In this document: piece by piece, positions 61,301 to 64,000 of the stretch | Position numbering within the stretch: position 1 is the first letter of the stretch | Layout of the letters: each line of letters starts with the position of its first letter | Notes under the pieces: model-generated | The model's input: the letters and a program-made list of their open reading frames with translations, nothing else | Told to the model about the DNA's origin: nothing | Database searches by the model: none | Assembly (NCBI GenBank): GCA_051362555.1 | Contig: CM120644.1 | Span: 1,620,954 to 1,684,953, forward strand | Length of the DNA stretch: 64,000 nucleotides | Source of the DNA: Lingula anatina | Lineage: Eukaryota > Animalia > Brachiopoda | Direction of reading: 5' to 3' | Position numbers and translations under genes: made by a program

Positions 61301-63096
61301 TAAAATTACACATTACCACGAATTGGAGAGCACTTTCTTATATACTATAATCAAAATTCTATTTTTGAACTTTCACTGTTCTACTCAGTGACACTAACAG
61401 GCAAAGTGGAATGCAAGTCCAGAAACAGATGCTGATTTGTTGTGTATGTATCCTTTCCATGTAATTATCTTAATGTCTGATCACTGTCTTACCTTTGGTC
61501 AGTCTATCTGTGTCATCAAACACTGTCCAGCTACCAGACTGGACCATACCACTCAGGTACTGGTTAAGCAGAGGCAGCGTCAGCTCACTGTTACAGTTCA
61601 CAGTCACACAGTGCCGACCCAGGGTCTGAATAAACAGGGAAAATGGGGAATTACAATTTGGAAACTTTTACAATGTATCTAATTTTTTAAAAATTATAAT
61701 GATTTGTACTATTGTTGCATTTTTTTTGTCAAATGTGTTCTCATGAAAGTAAGCAATTATAATAGTGTAAGTATACAGTTTTTCACTCAATGAACTAATA
61801 ACAGATATTATTATAAATTTAATAATGATTAATAATTTGCCTCTAATTAAAGGAAAAGAAGTCTCTCATATATTTTCAAAATATATATTTTTTCAAAACA
61901 TCATGTTCTGTCCTTGGCTGGTAAAAACTTCAGAATAACCAACCCAGCATTATCTGTACCTTAGCCAAGTCTTTGATAGTCTCAGACTTCCCAGTGGCTG
62001 CTGGTCCCACCAGAGTACCACAGTGGAACGTCCTCAAGGCCAAGGTCAAGGTCAGATAGGCCCTTTCAGTCAGTGGCGTAAACACGAGTCTTTCAGAGGG
62101 TCCAAGATACTCATGATCGTAGAGGAAGGTTGCGCCCAGTTGTTGTATGGTGCAGGGTGTGAACTGGAACCCCGTAGATACGCTGGTCTTCACGCGGGCC
62201 ATGCTATCCTCTGGAGTAGAAGATAAGGAAATATTTCAGGAAGAATTCGTAAAAATCTGTTGGCTAAAGAACAGCATTTTACAAGAAGGATTATAATCAA
62301 CCGATAAATTGTGCTAAAAATAAGGGTAGAAACTGACCCTTAATAATTGCATACCATATATACACCAAAGATACATATTATATAAAGAAGCATTAACCAT
62401 ATTTTTAAGATCACTTCCAATTTCCCTACCAGACTTCTTCTCCTTCAGCCTGGCCAGTGATGCCCTTCTCTCCTTGGGCGAGGCGTCAGACTTGGACAGT
62501 AAGGAGTCCCGACTGCTGCCATGGGACAGACGTCTTTCTCTGGGGGTGCTGGAAGAGACCTCAGGTTTCGGCTGCTCCTTTATATCCGTCTTAGCTCTGA
62601 GAACGCTGCGGAAGTCCATGTGGAACTTCATGATCTTCTGCCAGTCATAGCTGTCCAGTGTGGGGGAACCCAGCTTTAACAGAACTGAGTAGACACAAAT
62701 AATAAAATCTAAATTCAGCAAATTTAATTGTTTTATATATGCACAATTAAAAAAAAGAAAATAAATTGATAAACTAATAAGACAAAATATGTACATAAAT
62801 TAACAAAATTTTTAATTAGAAATTCATTGTCAAAGATAGCACAAAGAGTACACAAGTTTTAAATTTAATTTATAGAAAATATCAAAATGAAAAATAAACT
62901 GGATACTGAACATTGACATGCCATGCACATAAATAGTTTTCTCTCACCTTCCACATAATCCCTGTGTTGTGTTGTCTGTTGAACCAGACATCCCAGAAGT
63001 CTCTGCAGTCTCTTGCGTACACTGGAGCCTCCGCCCTTCACACTGCTCTCCCTCAGGAAGTTCACATACTGCGTGATCTTACTGTTCTGTTGATTC
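2391..63096 (-). CDS. DNHD1: Dynein heavy chain family gene (divergent, DNHD1-like), partial: 55 traced exons from linker end through AAA6; extends beyond both window edges
   Basis: Ordered dynein motifs across phase-consistent GT-AG exons: YDHEYLG..RLVFTPLTER, GPAATGKSET (AAA1), GPAGSGKT and KWVVLDG (AAA2), GVPGVGKT and FIDDLNM (AAA3), RLWCHEVARTFGDR, LDLVFFKEAIQH (AAA4), EIKSYRAPP (MTBD), WPLLVDPDGQA (AAA5), WLVLQNCHL and HPDFRLWL (AAA6). Dynein heavy chain identity is secure. The DNHD1 subfamily is inferred from divergence and insertions and needs a phylogeny. Confidence 0.8.
2786..3076 (-). CDS. Dynein heavy chain exon (AAA6 lid)
   Basis: VESQQRYLPALVLLHSILLQRRGY..Y.LSQADL..LVYTGHCLDQLD, similar to dynein FHA..ERRKF..YGG..D..D. 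Confidence 0.85.
3387..3511 (-). CDS. Dynein heavy chain exon (AAA6)
   Basis: GLLIQHGLKVSCE...; cag/gtttg boundaries, phases fit. Confidence 0.8.
3940..4117 (-). CDS. Dynein heavy chain exon (AAA6)
   Basis: Contains VHPDFRLWLVT. Confidence 0.85.
4335..4546 (-). CDS. Dynein heavy chain exon (AAA6)
   Basis: GYSVDP...GYWLVLQNCHLAESW. Confidence 0.9.
4737..4905 (-). CDS. Dynein heavy chain exon
   Basis: LYEISQAMTLYELG..PP..FNI...PVVFMLPSG. Confidence 0.85.
5220..5318 (-). CDS. Dynein heavy chain exon
   Basis: CPVSLTTPVPG..LSVFKKCLLWRVCCPDR|gtaagt, similar to dynein LS.FQKLL..R.LRPDR. Confidence 0.85.
5334..5389. repeat. (AAT)n microsatellite next to a splice acceptor
   Basis: Perfect run starting about 15 nt from the acceptor at 5319. 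Confidence 0.9.
5688..5789 (-). CDS. Dynein heavy chain exon
   Basis: TWMECAVLEANIPAYKGLRASLAKHDQQWQEYFK; cag/gtagg. Confidence 0.85.
6024..6268 (-). CDS. Dynein heavy chain exon (AAA5 extension)
   Basis: IYKHVSTMMFEQHTNLFSLLL...PKWLPDK, similar to dynein RGLFE.HKLLFSFLL. Confidence 0.88.
6579..6891 (-). CDS. Dynein heavy chain exon (buttress/AAA5)
   Basis: LLEDDTMLETLQ...YIPVATHAAMLY...PMYHVTF. Confidence 0.88.
6822..7252. repeat. Tandem repeat, 4 x 106 bp, spanning an exon start and splice acceptor
   Basis: Unit starts (gtgtctctaacatggtg...) at 6822, 6928, 7034 and 7140; copies nearly identical. Confidence 0.95.
7382..7566 (-). CDS. Dynein heavy chain exon (AAA5)
   Basis: KVSVINMSISEEGVVDRLLTDLMRVEKSEFE, similar to dynein V.LINF.VT..GLEDQLL..VV..ERP.LE. 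Confidence 0.88.
7875..8060 (-). CDS. Dynein heavy chain exon (AAA5)
   Basis: GITVLVTHLE..LDPLF..LLLKQ...IGEMMFYYHPDFCLYL. Confidence 0.9.
8363..8553 (-). CDS. Dynein heavy chain exon (end of AAA5 insertion)
   Basis: ...NNLWVVPGDDPQIDTKLINAVVHG; phases 2/1 fit. Confidence 0.82.
9494..9532 (-). CDS. Candidate 39-nt symmetric micro-exon
   Basis: ctctttcatttag|G VSFNVRFLSAKS AG|gtaatc; phase 2-2 matches host intron, no stop. Confidence 0.4.
9923..10082 (-). CDS. Dynein heavy chain exon (Ser/Thr-rich AAA5 insertion)
   Basis: KSTTTDYTTSDRPIPPSRG...; ttttccag/gtaggg, phases 1/2 fit. Confidence 0.78.
10441..11281 (-). CDS. Dynein heavy chain exon (CC2 end to AAA5 start, 841 nt)
   Basis: GDSLLTAACVCYHGP...WKLKNMP...NALIM..WPLLVDPDGQAEKWV. 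Confidence 0.92.
11647..11769 (-). CDS. Dynein heavy chain exon (stalk CC2)
   Basis: AQAILGEKRVEANRIKSELEARIEAHK..., coiled-coil pattern, phase 0-0. Confidence 0.82.
11901..12171 (-). CDS. Dynein heavy chain exon (MTBD/CC2)
   Basis: WDSGKLLL...YKKDDIP...FQP..IAQSSTAAASLCQWIHAV..Y....KP. Confidence 0.9.
12466..12611 (-). CDS. Dynein heavy chain exon (CC1/MTBD)
   Basis: VNPTYFAALNALMSLSIHDIDEIKSYRAPPEAVIEV. Confidence 0.9.
12883..12978 (-). CDS. Dynein heavy chain exon (stalk CC1)
   Basis: ARERCKLEEEKIAALIGPLEDMRKQAEAEFDK; phase 0-0. Confidence 0.82.
13348..13518 (-). CDS. Dynein heavy chain exon (stalk CC1)
   Basis: SKIDKYQAGLEKMNEA...LRP, similar to dynein GL.KL.E. Confidence 0.85.
13804..14016 (-). 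CDS. Dynein heavy chain exon (AAA4 lid)
   Basis: MAYIHNS...FYTPLTFMEFVHIF, similar to dynein YVTPTSYLELI. Confidence 0.87.
14277..14434 (-). CDS. Dynein heavy chain exon (AAA4)
   Basis: RKCPSLIHHVISVDLYKPWNHDAYVKVA, similar to dynein R.FPSLVNC..IDWF..WP..AL..VA. Confidence 0.87.
14762..14932 (-). CDS. Dynein heavy chain exon (AAA4)
   Basis: GTCPGLYTTEEL...FIRRVKQNLHVVIIL. Confidence 0.9.
14891..15240. repeat. Degenerate tandem repeat (~4 x 75-89 bp) of an exon start and acceptor
   Basis: caggtacct...aaatattgacaga...aattaaaattctcattc recurs at about 14926, 15001, 15090 and 15178. Confidence 0.85.
15275..15446 (-). CDS. Dynein heavy chain exon (AAA4)
   Basis: LFEPKP...LREHMRR...GKPVVLMIHEE..CLLDV. 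Confidence 0.85.
15763..15858 (-). CDS. Dynein heavy chain exon (degenerate AAA4 P-loop)
   Basis: GHSLQLGMSYCTGRATVTRLAAHI versus canonical [21 protein letters not shown]. Confidence 0.85.
16047..16189 (-). CDS. Dynein heavy chain exon (AAA4 start)
   Basis: LALYN...LDLVFFKEAIQHMARLSRVL. Confidence 0.9.
16723..16986 (-). CDS. Dynein heavy chain exon
   Basis: Open frame DSAANPSQ...DIMFTKF...PDK; phase 1-1. Confidence 0.8.
17745..17849 (-). CDS. Candidate 105-nt symmetric cassette exon
   Basis: ctaat branch-like motif, ttttatcttgaag|DYTRTPSGSTG...SDSLE G|gtatc; phase 1-1 matches host intron. Confidence 0.4.
18945..19010 (-). CDS. Dynein heavy chain exon (Thr-rich insertion)
   Basis: ETTTSGMQSKMTTTGDESTAMT; ttttacag/gtaggg, phase 1-1. 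Confidence 0.72.
19261..19479 (-). CDS. Dynein heavy chain exon (S/T/E-rich insertion)
   Basis: GEFTEAATTDVVTPFS...TETETTEESSTEETASSEEDSET; ccag/gtgaga. Confidence 0.78.
20163..20349 (-). CDS. Dynein heavy chain exon (S/T/P-rich insertion)
   Basis: FTRSSPVRRITPPP...TEVTTEVTTPFS; ctcag/gtaggt. Confidence 0.78.
21391..21420 (-). CDS. Candidate 30-nt symmetric micro-exon
   Basis: cttatttcag|GSTVESFLSK|gtagat; phase 0-0 matches host intron. Confidence 0.35.
22103..22215 (-). CDS. Dynein heavy chain exon
   Basis: DCMWFKRTMEDIVAKYF, similar to dynein D..WF...L.....F. Confidence 0.85.
22552..22737 (-). CDS. Dynein heavy chain exon (AAA3 lid)
   Basis: RLWCHEVARTFGDRITAEE, similar to dynein RLW.HE..RVF.DRL. 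Confidence 0.9.
22999..23200 (-). CDS. Dynein heavy chain exon (AAA3 lid)
   Basis: LRPTPANAHYIFTLRDIARVMEGIL. Confidence 0.92.
23302..23458. mobile_element. Short MITE-like element, copy 1
   Basis: TIRs caggcttgtaggcag / ctgcctacaggcttg; 5' end similar to the element at 26390. Confidence 0.5.
23536..23714 (-). CDS. Dynein heavy chain exon (AAA3)
   Basis: LSSRLTRLFTVM..MPTAEGMHSLFG. Confidence 0.88.
23918..24049 (-). CDS. Dynein heavy chain exon (AAA3)
   Basis: GTQPSLEVLREVM....YDR, similar to dynein GTQPPIELLRQ..D..G.YDR. Confidence 0.9.
24324..24534 (-). CDS. Dynein heavy chain exon (AAA3 Walker B)
   Basis: LFFIDDLNM. Confidence 0.9.
24782..24880 (-). CDS. Dynein heavy chain exon (AAA3 P-loop)
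   Basis: VERYHYLVDLLL...PVLLVGVPGVGKT. Confidence 0.92.
25234..25423 (-). CDS. Dynein heavy chain exon
   Basis: LPLSGTVFDY....W...VITPE. Confidence 0.87.
25433..25488. repeat. (AAT)n microsatellite next to a splice acceptor
   Basis: Perfect run about 10 nt from the acceptor at 25424. Confidence 0.9.
25572..25755 (-). CDS. Dynein heavy chain exon (AAA2 lid)
   Basis: YAFAFIWGFGGQL, similar to dynein F.FS.IWS.GG.L. Confidence 0.88.
26065..26300 (-). CDS. Dynein heavy chain exon following the 25-kb intron
   Basis: ttccag|T LKILDDLFSSTIPQTIRYL...VMSLLRIL; phase 2 matches exon 51350-51515. Confidence 0.88.
26390..26572. mobile_element. Short MITE-like element, copy 2
   Basis: cagacctgtagccagtaatttcaagaacggttcttt ... 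ctggctatgtgtctg; same family as 23302. Confidence 0.5.
28194..28240. repeat. (AAAT)n microsatellite
   Basis: Perfect tetranucleotide run. Confidence 0.9.
31128..31610. repeat. Minisatellite, ~5.9 x 82 bp
   Basis: taacactgtagtcatatca...ctactgtgtgg at 31128, 31210, 31292, 31374, 31456 and 31538; no unique spacers. Confidence 0.95.
33950..34124. mobile_element. MITE-like element with ~43 bp TIRs
   Basis: cattcagaacaggggactaactagcctgaggttcaaatatggc versus gccatatttgaccctcggcctagttggtccactgttctgaatg. Confidence 0.65.
38491..38638. repeat. Degenerate ~55 bp tandem repeat (~2.5 copies)
   Basis: cttaga(g/c)cagaaatagact..atg.c.tcat occurs three times. Confidence 0.7.
38857..39030. repeat. Perfect 87 bp tandem duplication
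   Basis: caaccaatctaatagataggactc...gtccaaacca x2. Confidence 0.92.
42206..43086 (+). mobile_element. Helentron/HINE(DINE-1)-like non-autonomous element, copy A
   Basis: Poly-T, 30 bp subterminal palindrome, (GGCGAT/GCCGAT)n microsatellite, then core sequence; inverted match to 43890-44760. Confidence 0.65.
43395..43842 (-). mobile_element. Same element, copy B (diverged, internally deleted)
   Basis: Reverse-complement match to the head (43610-43840) and tail (43395-43605) of A/D. Confidence 0.6.
43853..44760 (-). mobile_element. Same element, copy C
   Basis: Near-identical reverse complement of copy A; palindrome at 44727-44756. Confidence 0.65.
44803..45938 (+). mobile_element. Same element, copy D, with ~160 bp internal tandem core repeats
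   Basis: caggt(c/t)..gtt..aa.atc.gcat.at..ggcca.tatt..ag.agttatg at about 44955, 45115 and 45275. Confidence 0.65.
47912..50065 (+). CDS. Class A (rhodopsin-like) GPCR with uninterrupted ORF, orphan/peptide-receptor-like, very long ICL3, nested antisense in the dynein intron (717 aa from first ATG)
   Basis: TM1 GAVGN, TM2 LAVVD, TM3 C..IAVDRY, ECL2 Cys, TM6 SWVPFF, TM7 NPVIY and helix 8 KFR..L; N-terminal sequons NMT, NRT, NLT, NIS. The ORF track starts at TTG 47816; the first ATG is 47912. Confidence 0.93.
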   Translation: MTNMTSAMVIRAVATNRTTTDEQQVTTSRESSAMVPSNSAILTNLTSALTGCSETGLVTCIPDPSGWTFNISDQILSDLGFSEEKEIEEYRERFYAVDTKSVDTSIATALLILAAVIGAVGNMFVLNVFWSLRNKNTSAILIIALAVVDFIACILVIPGQVFINYYLFHFDVFCKLMMYLTYVGVVLDFCLLFAIAVDRYVAICKPTVRSINTRCMKGATILLTIFSILVCIPPGLTEGGYTWVRTDVKYIYVYTGDCRSGHDKEIINDDGRLAIQILTFSVFCILGVIIAFMYCSVFNAARQRDRNVSFGFGQSIIRNTGMISTIPLRNFSKRFMSPKKSARRKSSTPMNNSESSETSGSNLKNKNTKKEHMHNNLCCGCQSACSAHNEEESNPERNSNRSQLCCGLDAASEVQIHSHSDPEVEILKVNGQQVNNQEVSDLKVNNQNGLKVKILSVPTSNGEFIAESSALEIVITTPSGSTSKRMPLGKQTTQDKTTLKNAHGGEQIYDKLNSKDQKVQGKPELKEEPGSVKRENNFNPKTHHLYTSPNEEQNPEVKYINGDNPTDDSSDKSTVCQTEPPFPMEQNSIQMLPVPHLQSLGSGSDISSMTSRDDLSTTDTRTDERVDSPSRASRRIKQRARHIKTAKLLLIVTISLMISWVPFFLTRLELIPRFKTLELCVLLGCAVNPVIYSVGHHKFRTQLKSLLRCNAMKRWTP
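50897..50906 (+). promoter_or_regulatory. Candidate GPCR polyadenylation signal (overlapping AATAAA)
   Basis: aataaataaa about 830 nt after the stop, before the next dynein exon. Confidence 0.3.
51350..51515 (-). CDS. Dynein heavy chain exon (AAA2, Arg finger)
   Basis: LIFEMSHLANASPATISRC. Confidence 0.93.
51833..52103 (-). CDS. Dynein heavy chain exon (AAA2)
   Basis: LFG...WKDGLLSSILRD...KWVVLDGCVNPLWAEHMNTMLDSDRLLSLASGEK. Confidence 0.94.
52325..52513 (-). CDS. Dynein heavy chain exon (AAA2 insertion end)
   Basis: ...YPKIEINTFNPNAFSTEE, similar to dynein NPK.IT..E. Confidence 0.85.
53203..53253 (-). CDS. Candidate 51-nt symmetric micro-exon
   Basis: tttctcatcag|FTELKTAREKKHWVTPK|gtaggt; phase 0-0. 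Confidence 0.4.
53771..53974 (-). CDS. Dynein heavy chain exon (AAA2 P-loop)
   Basis: ILQLNTAM..KGVILIGPAGSGKTTAYQTLARA. Confidence 0.94.
54404..54660 (-). CDS. Dynein heavy chain exon (AAA1 lid)
   Basis: LIPKMADQDDIALLKSLTRDVFP, similar to dynein PKF...D..LF..II.DLFP. Confidence 0.9.
54933..55053 (-). CDS. Dynein heavy chain exon (AAA1 sensor II)
   Basis: LPRKEQYNFSLRTMKTVV, similar to dynein LS.Q.HYDFGLRA.KSVL. Confidence 0.9.
55415..55552 (-). CDS. Dynein heavy chain exon (AAA1)
   Basis: MRPCALIHPD..ILEMMLYCNG....LAKKL. Confidence 0.9.
55679..55872 (-). CDS. Dynein heavy chain exon (AAA1 sensor I)
   Basis: FNGKLLKANANYGCFMTVN...EIPDNLR, similar to dynein FITMNP..ELPDNLK. Confidence 0.9.
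56294..56426 (-). CDS. Dynein heavy chain exon (AAA1 insertion)
   Basis: DEGLSTYFGEAWVPRRERRHSIEKE...; phases 0/1 required to keep the frame. Confidence 0.78.
57948..58171. mobile_element. Imperfect ~225 bp foldback (MITE-like palindrome)
   Basis: Nested complementary blocks: ggatcgatcta/taggtcgatcc, ctccctg/cagggag, tgtctgttacaccta/taggcgtagcagaca. Confidence 0.65.
58840..58992 (-). CDS. Dynein heavy chain exon (AAA1 insertion)
   Basis: ttttcag|KTFVNKEEGSSS..RRNSLTTLHSLP...|gtaagt; 153 nt, phase 0-0, GC-rich versus flanks. Confidence 0.72.
60148..60216 (-). CDS. Candidate 69-nt symmetric cassette exon
   Basis: ttttattag|FGVKIFYDKNSRGTRRKYRLYLQ|gtaatg; phase 0-0. Confidence 0.42.
60880..61058. 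repeat. 73 bp direct duplication of an exon end and splice donor
   Basis: ttaccttgtcatatc...gcagtggagagc at 60880-60952 and 60986-61058, separated by a C-rich spacer. Confidence 0.92.
60990..61102 (-). CDS. Dynein heavy chain exon (AAA1)
   Basis: GLMSVFAQQIEYLKTAL, similar to dynein VLSVVAQQI. Confidence 0.88.
61493..61625 (-). CDS. Dynein heavy chain exon (AAA1 Walker B)
   Basis: TLGRHCVTVNCNSEL...SGMVQSGSWTVFDDTDRL. Confidence 0.92.
61960..62210 (-). CDS. Dynein heavy chain exon (AAA1 P-loop)
   Basis: YDHEYLGPSERLVFTPLTERAYLTL...GPAATGKSETIKDLAK. Confidence 0.95.
62430..62684 (-). CDS. Dynein heavy chain exon (linker end plus insertion)
   Basis: DSYDWQKIMKFH, similar to dynein DF.W..QLRYY, followed by a Ser/Arg-rich insert. 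Confidence 0.85.
62948..63096 (-). CDS. Dynein heavy chain exon (linker)
   Basis: RKRLQRLLGCLVQQTTQHRDYVE, similar to dynein LI...VH.RDVV. Confidence 0.85.
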
Positions 63097-63910
63097 CTGG
63101 TTATATCAATAAATAACATCACTTTAAATAATGGATATCCATTATGAAACACAAACACACATATTTTGAGACAGCAATGGACTCCGAAATTTTGCAAATA
63201 TGTAATAATAGTTGGCAAATGAATTTATAAAAAAAAATAACACAAAGGATTCTAGAAGTGTATTAATTACTCATTCTTCACAGAAGTTGGAAGGAACAAG
63301 GGAGTTTTTTGTGTATCACCAGTTAAATCTTAAATAAAGGACACAGACAGTCAGCCTGTGTGTTATCTAACAAACCATAGCTGGTCATTAAATCTGAAAC
63401 ACACTGTCATTTTATTTTTTACAAATTACAAATTACAAAGGTGGAGCTACCATATCTACCAGACCATCTAATAGTGGTCTTACCTAAATTTTTGTTCTAT
63501 TTATCACAGAGTTTCAGATGGGAAAAAAATTAATTCAGCAGAAAAAACCATAATATTATCAGTCAGCTAAAGTACATGTCTACTAAGAATGAAATTAGAT
63601 GTTTGGTGTCCTTTTCTAAAGCAGTTATCTGGTCATCTAATCTGTATGGAATAAAACAACTGTTAAATTGCTATAATTCACCATCATCAGTGTGTTCTCT
63701 GGAGCAGTGAGGGTGATGACCAGTTAATGTAAACGGCAGTCTTCTTATCTATATCACCTTTTTGTACTTTGAACCATGGAGTTTCATTTTGGTTAAAATG
63801 CAGTCATTGGACCAAATAATGCCATCAAACCAGTAAGCAAGTAAAGTTTCTAGTCAAGCTTGTCAAGTCCATGTAATTTAAACCAACTGGTATTCTGTCC
63901 GTTTACGATC

Positions 63911-63994
63911 AGCTCACCATAAGAAGTCAGTGTCATGGCAGGTGGCTTCTTATGGTGAGCTGCCATAAGAAGTCAGTGTCATGGCAGGTGGCTT
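63911..63994. repeat. Hairpin overlapping a 32 bp direct repeat
   Basis: agctcaccataagaag...cttcttatggtgagct (16 bp perfect stem); ccataagaagtcagtgtcatggcaggtggctt x2. Confidence 0.8.
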
Positions 63995-64000
63995 AAGTCA

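Noticed and set aside
2391-63096. Dynein pseudogene
   Set aside because: All 55 traced exons join in frame without stops and with canonical splice sites, so the divergence looks like that of a functional gene.

Overview
This window is AT-rich, intron-rich eukaryotic DNA from an invertebrate, probably a lophotrochozoan or mollusc (inferred from gene and repeat style). It is not prokaryotic. Nearly all of it is the middle of one minus-strand dynein heavy chain family gene, most likely a divergent DNHD1-type chain, which continues past both edges. I traced 55 GT-AG exons with consistent phases, covering the linker end, AAA1-AAA4, the stalk and microtubule-binding domain, AAA5 and AAA6. The motor is atypical: the AAA1 Walker B reads FDD instead of FDE, the AAA4 P-loop is degenerate, and several large Ser/Thr/charged insertions interrupt the ring. 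Five extra frame-preserving cassette or micro-exon candidates all fall in those insertions. One intron of about 25 kb (26301-51349) holds an antisense class A GPCR with an uninterrupted ORF and a third intracellular loop of about 350 aa. It also holds a four-copy inverted array of a Helentron/HINE-like element. Three separate tandem duplications copy dynein splice junctions and create decoy splice sites. The rest consists of MITE-like foldbacks, minisatellites and microsatellites. Exon boundaries were read by eye and may be off by a few bases.
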